Source: the human T2T-CHM13v2.0 reference genome, Homo sapiens | Reading direction: 5' to 3' (one strand) | Assembly (NCBI RefSeq): GCF_009914755.1 | Contig: NC_060927.1 | Length of the DNA stretch: 64,000 nt | Shown here: one piece after another, positions 52,281 through 64,000 of the stretch | How the letters are laid out: the number at the start of each line of letters is the position of its first letter | Position numbering within the stretch: position 1 is the stretch's first letter | Notes under the pieces: generated by a model | Database searches by the model: none | The model's input: the letters and a program-made list of their open reading frames with translations, nothing else | What the model was told of the DNA's origin: nothing | Program-made: the position numbers and the translations under genes

Positions 52281-53720
52281 CATAATAATGTCTCCCAAAT
52301 ATTTTTTCAATGTGATTTCAAACAATGTAACATGCAGAAATAAAAGAACATGAACCATAAATACCTAATGTAATAAACAATTAGAAAAAAAGCAACCACC
52401 TGATCACTCTCTAAGTCAAGATCATAAAATTGCCACAATCTAAGAAGCTCCTGGATTGTTTTTTGTTTGTTTTGTTTGTTTTAAAAAAATAAACCCCCCT
52501 TCCAAAAATATTGGAATAATATTTGTTTTCTTTCATAATATCATCTATGTATACAACTCTAAATAATAATATCTAGTGTTACCTGATTACAAACTTAGAT
52601 CCTTTAACAACCATGGTAGAAATTCTTCATAATATCATTTTACCTCCTTAGTCCTTACTGTCCTCCTTGAAACAAAGAAGGTGGAAAAAACTAGTGTCTA
52701 GTAGTATAATTATTAAATTATTTTTTTTCTACAATGAGCCAGTGGTTCCTTGAGCTAAGCTGCTTTTTATAGATATTGCCCAGTGTATATTCCTAATCAC
52801 TGACTTCTTCATTCATACCATACTCAAAACATTTTTTTTTTTTTGACAGTGAGGTGTTTCCCAGCTAGGGAAGGCTAGCTGTTTTTAAAATTTTTTCCTG
52901 TAGTATTAACTTTCCCAGAAGTGCTTACAATTCTCACATTAAATTGTCAGACATAGATTAGTTTTCTCTGAAATCTTTCGTTTCTAGAGTTCAATTGACA
53001 CTGAATAAGAAGAGAACAACCAAGCGGTGAGGCTATTTGCTGAATAAATGAAGGTGTCTCCTCACAAAGTAAAATTCTTAGTCTTTTTGTAGTGATTTTC
53101 ACTCAGTCACAGGAATAGTCATAGCTTTGACTTCTTGCACCAACCCCATTGTCCATTCTATCCCCTTTCGTGTTTAGTTGTGAACTAAACCAAGGGACCG
53201 CTCCATAAATAATCTGGTCCTAAATAGGCACACTGGTTGTCCCCCAACTATTTGCTTTTATAGAACATGTAGGAGATTTGTTCTCAAACTTAGGTTTTTG
53301 AAACAATGTAATTTTAAGTAAAATGTGTTCCTAACAAATATGTTCTACACACATCTAAAACATGTAAAGGCAGTCTGCCATCAGATGTTATACGAAGAAA
53401 AGGAATGCTAAATTTCAATTATCTCTATTACATTAGATTCACACCAGATGTGGCTTTCAGACATCTAGTATCTATTGATTATTCACTTAAGTTGTAACTA
53501 AATAGGTGGCTACGATTCAGAATCTATTAACCAGATGTTTACTAATAATGATTTCTTATTGTGTTCCAAAGTAATTATTATTTTTAAAATTTTTATCTTT
53601 GGTGTATTTGTAACTATCACGTTTGAGCATAATTTTCTTCTTGAAGTTCACTTCTTTCATGAGTTCTTTGACAAAAAATTTTCTTAAATTTTATGTTTAT
53701 TCTAATAATTTTTGTGTTTC

Positions 53721-54033
53721 TGAGAGAGCCAAGTAAAAAGGGGAAGGTCCCTGGAGAATCTCCAACTGGTCTGTGCACTGGGAGAAGGAGGTGGAACCAC
53801 AGAAGTTCATTCATGCCATTTTCAAGGGGAAGAAGTCTGGTCTCTCCTGTTCCTGGGTAGTAACTAGGGATTCAATCTGTGAGGGCAGAAGCCTGCTAGC
53901 AGGACTCTCTCTTTGCTAGGATTCTGTTTCCCTTTCCCCTCCAATAAACCCTGCCTTTCTCACCCTTCTTCAAAGTGTCTGTGAGCCTCATCTTTCTTGG
54001 TTGTGTGACAAGAACCCGGATTTTCCTACAACA
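53721..54033 (+). mobile_element. MER61-like ERV1 solo LTR
   Basis: TGAGAGAGCCAAG start, AATAAA, end 'gtgacaagaacccggattttcctacaaca'; perfect 4-bp TSD TTTC (53717-53720, 54034-54037). Confidence 0.82.
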
Positions 54034-54194
54034 TTTCTTCTTATTTGTCCTCCATTATAAGAATTTCATCATCAAAAGGACTTAATATATGCATTCTATA
54101 ATGAGTTTTGTCAAATCACTTATTTTTCCTCATTGACATATAAGGATCATATGTAAATTAAAAAGATTTAGCTATTGAAGTTCTTCTTCTTCTT

Positions 54195-54471
54195 CTTTTT
54201 TTTTTTTTTAAGACAGTCTTGCTCTGTAGCCCAGGCTGGAAGTGCAGTGGCGCGATCTCGGCTCACTACCACCTCCGCCTCCCAGGTCCCGGTTCAAGCA
54301 ATTCTCCTGCCTCAGCCTCCCGAGAAGCTGGGATTATAGGCATGTGTATTTTTAGTAGAGATGGGGTTTCACCATGTTGGCCAGGCGGATCTTGAACTTC
54401 TGACCTCGTGATCCATCCACTTCGGCCTTCCAAAATGCTGGGATTACAGGTGTGAGCCACTGCACTCGGCC
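54195..54471 (-). mobile_element. AluSg-type with 7-bp insertion and middle deletion
   Basis: 'cctcccaggtcccggttcaagc' insertion; 'ggcatgtgtatttttagtag' lacks the start of the right arm. Confidence 0.92.
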
Positions 54472-54484
54472 TTGTTAAGGTTCT

Positions 54485-56433
<1,949 letters not shown>

Positions 56434-56639
56434 CTTAGTAACTTGAGCAAAAAACAAAAATTCACAGAATGTTATGTATTGCAAAAATCTCATGACAAAA
56501 AATCAGAAACAGGGGTGCTAGGAAGTCAGAATCACAGCCAACGCCCTACCTCAGGGGCTGCTTGATCATTGGTACCATAGCTGCTGCCTCTGGATACTGG
56601 ACAGCAATTTTGTCTTTGGAGTAATTAATACATTGTGCT

Positions 56640-58276
56640 CTTCTTTTGAGAAGTATAGGTTCATATCCTTTGCCCACTTTTTAATGAAGTTATTTGGTTT
56701 TTTGCTAATTCAATTATTTAAGTTCCTTATAGATTCTGTATATTAGATCTTTATCAGATTCATAGTTTATGAATATTTTCTCCCAGTTTGTGGGGTGACT
56801 ATTCACTCTTTTGATAGTTTCTTTTTCTGTGGAGAAGCTCTTTAATTAGGTCTCACTTGTAAATTTTGTTTTTTTTGCAGTTGGTTTTGGGGACTTAGCC
56901 AGAAATTATTTCCAAGGCCAATATCCAGAATGGTGTTTCCTAGATTTTCTTCTAGGATTTTTATAGTTTTAGGTCTTACATTTAAATCTTTATCTTGATT
57001 AATTTTTGTATATGGGGAAAAATAGAAGTACAATTTCATTCTTTGCCATATGTCTAGCCAGTTATACCAGTACCATTATTTATAGAATAAGGAGTTCTTT
57101 CCACATTGCTTACTTTTGTCAACTTTGTGGAAGATCAAATAATTCTCTAGTTTATTCCATTGGTTGATATGCCTTTTTTTTGCACCAGTACTATGCTGTT
57201 TTGGTTACTGTAGCATTATGGAATAGTTTGAAGTCAGATAATGTTATTCCTCTGGCTTTATTCTTTTTGCTTAGGAGTGTTTGGGCTATTCAGTCTCCTT
57301 TTTGGTTCTATATTAATTTTAGAATAGTTTTTTTCTAATTCTGTGAAAAATGAAACTGTCAGTTTGATAGAAATAGCACTGACTCTGTAGGTTGCTTCGG
57401 GCAGTATGACCATTTTCATGATATTGATTCTTCTGATTTATGAATATAAAATGCTTTTTCATTTGTGTCATCTATGATTTCTTTCAGCAGTGTTTTGTAC
57501 TTCTCCTTGTAGAGATCTCTTATCTTCTTGGTAAGCCATATTCCTAGGTATTTTTATGGTTCTCATAAATGGGTCTGCATTCCTGATTTGGCTCTCAGCT
57601 TGAATGTTATTGATGTAAAGAAATGCTACTGATTTTTGTACATTGATTTTATATTCTGGAACTTTATTAAAGTTGTCAGTTATAGGAATCTTTTGGTAGA
57701 GTCTTTAGGATTTCCCAGGTATAGAAACATCATTTGACAAGAGAGATAATTTGATTTATTTTCCTATTTAGATGCCTTTTATTTCTTTATCTTGCCTGAT
57801 TGCTCTGGTTAGGACTTCCATAGAACAATTCACAATAGCAAAGACATAGGATCAATGTAGGTTGTAGGCATCCATTAATGGTGGATTGGATAAAGAAAAT
57901 GTTATACATATACACTGTGGAATCCTATGCAGCCATTAAAAGAAATAAAATTATCTCCTTTGCAACAACATAAATGGAGCTGGAGGTCATTATCCTAAGC
58001 TAATTAATGCAGGAACAGAAAATTAAATGCCACACATTCTCACTTATAGGTACAAATAGAAATAAAGATGGGGAAAATAAACACTGAGGACTACTAGAGG
58101 AGACAGAGAGGGAGGAAGGTAAGGACTGAAAAACTCCCTATTGTGTACTATGCTGACTACCTGGGTGATGGGACCATTTGTATTCTAAACTTCAGCACCA
58201 TGCAATAGAACCATGGAACAAACCTGCACATGTACCTTCTGAATCTAAAATAAAAGTTGAAATTATTTTTAAAAAG
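56640..58276 (+). mobile_element. L1PA16/17-like element with 5' inversion (56640-57820 minus; ~57821-58276 plus)
   Basis: Antisense ORF2 segment abutting a sense 3' end 'attcacaatagcaaagac...gaatctaaaataaaagttgaaatt'; TSD not resolved. Confidence 0.82.
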
Positions 58277-58429
58277 TTATCTTCTGTGTTACTTGTTCCA
58301 AGTTCAAAGCTTCAGGTATAAGCATCCAGTTGACTGGGCTACAGTTGTATGCCCAAGATTAAACTAAAGGATTATAGAAAGAGCAATCAACTGGACTTTT
58401 AGCATCTATATTGTGAGTTAGGATTCTCT

Positions 58430-58765
58430 AAATACACATGGCTTCCCTCCTTACTTCATTCAGGCCTCTATATAAGATCAGTTTATCAGAGGAATATTCC
58501 CTGTTTACCTCTCTTAAAATAGCATCTAGCTGCCTCCTACCTACCCGTTAGTCTCTATTACTTTATATGTTTTTCATAAATGTTCCATTACTCTTTACCA
58601 TCTGATGTATTACATATTTACATAATTCATTCTGTGAATATTTATAGTTTCTTTTCCACCACCATTAATATAAACCTTCTCTTCACCATCCCCCCACTTT
58701 ATTTCTAAAAGCTGCAAAAATGTTTGGCATGAAGTTAGCACACAATATTTTCTGAATTAATGGAT
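58430..58765 (+). mobile_element. L2a 3' end
   Basis: 'catggcttccctccttacttcattcaggcctct...tttggcatgaagttagcacacaatattttctgaattaatg'. Confidence 0.65.
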
Positions 58766-58798
58766 ACTATCAGAGTCCCTATACTTACAAAGAAAGGT

Positions 58799-59214
58799 TG
58801 ACATAGTTTGAATATTTGTCCTCACCCAAATCTCATGTTGAAATGTAATCACTGTTGGCAGTGGCGCCTGGTGGGGCGTGTTCGGATCATGGTGGCAAAT
58901 CCCTGATGAATGGTGTTGTCCGTCCCCTTGGTGATAAGTGAGCTCCTGCTCTGAGTTTACATGAGATCTGGTCATTTAAAAGTGTGTAGCACTTACCCCC
59001 TGCTCCCACTCTCTCTCTTGCTCCTACTCCTATTATGTGAGACACCGGCTCCCATTATGCTTTCCACCATGATTGTAAGCCTCCTGACACCTTCCCAGAA
59101 GCATATGTTGCTGTATTTCCTTTACAGCCTACAGAATCCTAAACCAATTAAACCTCCTATAAATTACCCACCCACTGGCATTTATTTATACCAACACAAG
59201 AATGGCCTAACACA
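58799..59214 (+). mobile_element. MSTA/B solo LTR
   Basis: TGACATAGTTTGAATATTTGTCC...CAAATCTCATGTTGAAATG start; ...GAATGGCCTAACACA end. Confidence 0.88.
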
Positions 59215-59959
59215 ATAGCTGAAAGTGAAAAATGTCCAGTACAGATGCCTACTCCTTCTACACTTTGGTTTCTCAGGATATACATACAACTTGCCTCCCT
59301 CTTTATGTTTTTGGATTGTCAACATATAATTTGTCTTATCCTTACATATTTGAAAAACTGTAATCCAAAATGACTTTGTTTATTATAACTCAACTGCCTT
59401 TATAACTGTGTATTATTAATGAACTGCTAACAGTCATAAGTAACCTCTTAATCCAAGTGACTTAATACAAGAGGAGCTTATTTGTCCATTAAATTACAGA
59501 TCCTTGTGTGTTGATTGGAAGATGGCATAGGCAGGCATTCAGAAATCCAAGCTTCTTTCATTTAAAAGCTTTTCCTTCAGCTAGAAGCTCAAAGTCTATC
59601 ACTGAATCAACAGACAAAGCAAGTGTTGGAGAATCTCATAAAAGGGTATTTTCATTTGTTTTTGTTTTCATTTTAATTCAGTGTTGGCCATGGCTTAAGT
59701 CACTAGGGCCAAGATTCAAATCTGAAACTTGTGTTAGTAAATGGGGTAAAAATATTGGAGTTGTTTTTACTTTAATAAATAGTGAAAGCCAATTTTGAAT
59801 AATTAAACTTTTCATTGACTTGAAATGTCATTATCATATGTCATTATCATATATTTTATGTGTTAAAGGCTCTACTTCCTGATTTGATTTTTCTTTGTTC
59901 ATTGTTCTTTCAAGTATTTATTTTCAACTATTCAAGTGTCACAATACAGTTATTGATTA

Positions 59960-60252
59960 TTTGTGTGTTTGAGACAGGGTCTTACTTTGTTGCCTAGGCT
60001 GGAGTGCAGTGGCACGCTCATGGCTCACCGCAGCCTCAACCTCCAGGATCAAGTGATACTCCCACCTCAGCTTCCCAAGTACCTGGGACTACAGGTATGT
60101 GCCACCACACCTGGCTAATTTTTTGTATTTTTTGTAGAGACAGGGTTTCACCATGTTACCCAGGCTGGTCTCAAACTCCTGGACTCAAGCAGTCCTCCTG
60201 CCTCAGCCTCCCAAAGTGCTGGGATTACAGGCATGAGCCCCTGTACCCAGCT
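59960..60252 (-). mobile_element. AluJ
   Basis: 'gagacagggtcttact...ctcatggctcaccgcagcctcaacctcc...ttttgtagagacagggtttc'. Confidence 0.93.
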
Positions 60253-60484
60253 CCATAATTAAGTTTTATGATACATTTTAATAATGAATAAGGTGTTCAG
60301 TGGGTCCTCTTTTGATCAAAACAATAATTTAATTGGTGAAAATTCCTTTTAAAAAATTAAATTCTCTGGAAATTATCCAAGGGGCATATGGTAAATGGAG
60401 AATCCTTCATTTAAGAAAATATACTTAATATTGCTAACAATAGCTAGATTCTGTGGTATTTGAGTCACAACCTGATACCTTACT

Positions 60485-60848
60485 TGTCTTAAATAACTTC
60501 TCGCTACAAGTTATCATAGACTGAGGCACTTAAACAAGAAACACTCATTTCTCAAATTTCTGAAGCCTGGTAAGTGGAAGGTCAAGGTTTCAGCATATCT
60601 GACGTCTGGTTTGCAGATGGCTGTCTTATATTCTCGCATGGTAGAGAGCAAAAGCAAGATCCTGTGTCTTTTTCTTTCTCTCTCTCTTTTTTTTTTTTTT
60701 TTTTTTTTTTAAAATTCAGGGCTTTAATCTCTCATTCTCCACCCTTATCACCTTATTAACTTTCAAAGGCTCCACTTCCAAATATCATGTTGGGGATTAG
60801 GCTTTAACATACGAATTTGGAAGAAACACAAACTTTCAGTCCATAGTA
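60485..60848 (-). mobile_element. MLT1A-like solo LTR within an old L1M fragment
   Basis: MLT1A motifs; perfect TSD TTACT (60480-60484, 60849-60853); internal poly(T) run. Confidence 0.85.
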
Positions 60849-61013
60849 TTACTCCTCCCAGCCCCATTAGCTTCTTTGAGCAAATGCAGCCAAGTAAACA
60901 AAGACTTTCTCTCTTCCCAGTTCCAATGCCAGAGCTAAAGATTCTCTTGGGAGAAGCATATCACCAGTGGTATCTCTCATCCTCCTCAACGTTGTGTCGG
61001 GACATAGGCACAA

Positions 61014-61091
61014 TGTTAAAGTAAATTAAAATCGAGACCATGTCTGAAGAATAACTGAGCAGGCAGAGCCAGTTAGATCTCATAAGTGACC
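61014..61091 (+). mobile_element. ERV1 (MER4-group, possibly MER67-like) LTR 5' fragment
   Basis: TGTTAAAGTAAATTAAAATCGAGACC...CCAGTTAGATCTCATAAGTGACC. Confidence 0.45.
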
Positions 61092-61552
<461 letters not shown>

Positions 61553-62435
61553 GCAACGGGATAAGCATTCTAGGGCCCCAAGAGCTCATAATTGAATTTG
61601 CTCTTAAATTTGAAGTAATTGACGTAATTACAAAATAGAATGTTTTCCAAGTTTAACAAATTTTCTATTTAAAAGCATGCTTTCCTCAGAAGATGCATTT
61701 TCATCTTAATGTTTATTCTAAATATATGTCTTATATTTTAATTTTTCCTTATTTATCATTTCTAATTGATTATATGTTTTTCTTTGAAGAAACTTATTGA
61801 CTGTTGTACTGATATTTGAGGCTATCTCCCTTAATTTTATTTTCTTCTTCTTTCTAGTGTTTACTTTTACTTTGTTGTTATTACTTCTAGTCTCATAAAA
61901 TGAAAGCTTGGAGCATTCATTTACATTGGTTTTTAACAATACGTATACTTACATGGGTAAATTTTTCCTTAAATTATTGCTTTAGTGTCAATGCACCAGT
62001 TTTGAAAGTCACATTTTCGTTAACTTTCAAAACAAAACTTTTCTAATTTTTCTTGTGGACCTTTGTAGTTGACATAGGGTTATTTAAAAGTGTAATGCTT
62101 AATTACTAAACATTTGCTTTTTAAAAAAAGTTAATACCTTTGCCACTTCTATAACTATATGGGAATCTTTAAATATTTAATGCCATTCCCTACTCCCTCC
62201 TTTTGTGCTACTGTTTTCATATGTTTAACTTCTACATGTATATTGAACCTAATAGGATATCATTATAATCATCATTTAATATTTAAATTATATTTATTTA
62301 TAAATGATTACATTATTTACCTTATCTGATACTCTTCATTCTTTTCTTTTTCCTCAGGCATACTTGCTATTATTTTTCCCCTTTTAGTGGAAATCTGCTG
62401 CTTCTGAACTTCCTCGGCTTAATAAAAAATTTTTA

Positions 62436-62766
62436 GCGTGTGCTGTTCCCCTCCATGTGTCCATATGTTCTCATCATTTAGCTCCCACGTTTAAGTGAGA
62501 ACATGTGATATTTGGTTTTCTGTTCCTGTGTTAGTTTGTTGAGTATAATGGCTTCCAGCTCCATCCATGTCCCTGCAAAGGACATGATTTCCTTCCTTTT
62601 TATGGCTGCAAAGTATTCCATGTTGTATTTGTACCCTTTTGGAGGGTGGGGAATGGAAGAAGGGAGGGAATCAGAAAAAAATAGCTAATGGGTGTAGCAA
62701 ACCAATATGGTACACATTTACCTATGTAACAAACCTACACATGTGCCCCTGAATTTAAAAGTTGGA
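62436..62766 (+). mobile_element. Short L1PA (PA11-13-like) 3' end with 5' inversion (62436-62635 minus; 62636-62766 plus)
   Basis: Inverted and sense 3'UTR segments are nearly contiguous in L1 coordinates; TSD AAAAAAT(T/C)TTTA at 62424-62435 and 62767-62778. Confidence 0.85.
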
Positions 62767-63396
62767 AAAAAATCTTTATTTCATTTTTATTTTTGAAGAA
62801 TATTTTATCTGTTGATAGTATTATGGATTGGCATTTTTTTCTTTAAAAATTTTAAAAAATTTTATTCCATTGTCTTTGGTTTCCATAATTTCTTCAAAAA
62901 TAGTGTACATCTTATAGCTTTTCCTTTTCTTTTTATGTGCCTATGCTTACCCATCTTGTTGCTATTTTAATGATAATGTATTTTCCTTATCTGGCTTCCT
63001 TTATTAACATTTTCTTTTCTTTTCAAAATTTTACTATAATGTGCCTAGTTGTGGCTTTCTGTATACTAATTTTCCTTGCATTTTGTAGAGCCTTTTATTT
63101 TTAAAAAATCCTAGAGTTCAATATCTTTTGTAAATTTTGAAAAAAAAGCCAGTATTTCTTCTAGTTTTTCTAACTTATCTTTTTTCTTTCTTCTTAAACT
63201 CTAATTACAAGTATATTAGACTTTTGCACCATGTTAACATGTCCTTGATTGTCGTTTCTGTATTTCTTACATTCTCTACTTTCCTTCAATGCTTCAAGTG
63301 CTTTCTAGTTTACTAAGTTTTCTTCTTGTTTAATAATTAATTAAATTATTAATTTCAATGATAGCATTTTCTATTTTAGAATTTTTATTTTATACC

Positions 63397-63749
63397 TGTA
63401 TTAGTCTGTTCTTATGCTGCTAATAAAGACCTACCCGAGACTGGTAATTTATAAAGGAAAGATGTTTAATTGACTCACAGTTCCACATGGCTGGCGAGGC
63501 TTCACAATCATTGTGGAAAGTGAATGAGAAGCAAAGTCACATTTTAGGTGGTGCAGGCAAGAGCGCTTGTGCAGGGAACTCCAATTTATAAACCCATCAG
63601 ATCTCCTGAGACTCATTTACTACTACTAGAACAGGATGAGGGAAACTGCCCCCATGATTTAATTATCTCCACCTGGCCCTGCCTCTGACATGTGGGGATT
63701 ATTACAATTCAAGGTGAGATCTGGGTAGGGGCAGAGCCAAATCAGATCA
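63397..63749 (-). mobile_element. THE1C-like solo LTR
   Basis: THE1 motifs; TSD ATACC/ATAAC (4 of 5 match). Confidence 0.9.
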
Positions 63750-64000
63750 ATAACTTTAGAAAGACTCACATTTTCTCTTTAGTTCATATTTTGCTTAATT
63801 TGCTTGAACAAAATTAGCACATCTATTTTAAAAATTTCAATCTTACAATACCTAAATTCAAATCATTTCTGTGCCTCTTTTCCATAGTACATTTTTATCT
63901 CGTTTTTAATCATATGGTTTTGTTCTTTAGATGTGTTTTGAAGTTTTTTGTTGTCTTTTTGTTGTGTTTTGTTTTTTGTTTGTTTGTTTAAATGGGCTAT

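Larger units (their letters stand above)
61700..64000 (-). mobile_element. Old L1M (ME/MC-like) antisense remnants hosting younger insertions
   Basis: T-rich decayed L1 ('ttttactataatgtgcctag', 'tcttaaactctaattacaagtatattagac'); boundaries approximate. Confidence 0.55.

Noticed and set aside
53172-53190. Hairpin GTTTAGTT-gtg-AACTAAAC
   Set aside because: An 8-bp stem is expected by chance in 64 kb of AT-rich DNA
53721-54033. p53 response element, known in some MER61 subfamilies
   Set aside because: No paired RRRCWWGYYY half-sites are visible; only a 12-bp palindrome CCTGCTAGCAGG

Overview
Eukaryotic, AT-rich, CpG-depleted primate genomic DNA. One short L1 3' end looks L1PA2/L1HS-like, which suggests human or another African great ape (inference). 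The window looks intronic or intergenic and is dominated by transposable-element remnants: L1 LINEs of many ages (three with 5' inversions), 10 Alu/FLAM SINEs, MaLR LTRs (THE1, MST, MLT1, including a complete MSTA LTR-internal-LTR element), ERV1/ERVL solo LTRs (MER52, MER61, LTR16, LTR33, MLT2A), L2, MIR and short tandem repeats. I recognise no host protein-coding gene, RNA gene or CRISPR array. The ORFs with a recognisable product are broken L1 ORF2 pieces; the rest read as chance frames, mostly in Alu/LTR sequence. The items most worth checking are: a phase-compatible chain of small + strand exon candidates (39.5-47.4 kb); a TSD-flanked 'mini-L1' that joins a 5'UTR directly to a 3'UTR; and a head-to-head old/young L1 composite inside one direct-repeat pair. 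I found no convincing evidence of a novel biological system. Subfamily names come from recalled consensus motifs, not a database search, and boundaries of old elements are approximate.
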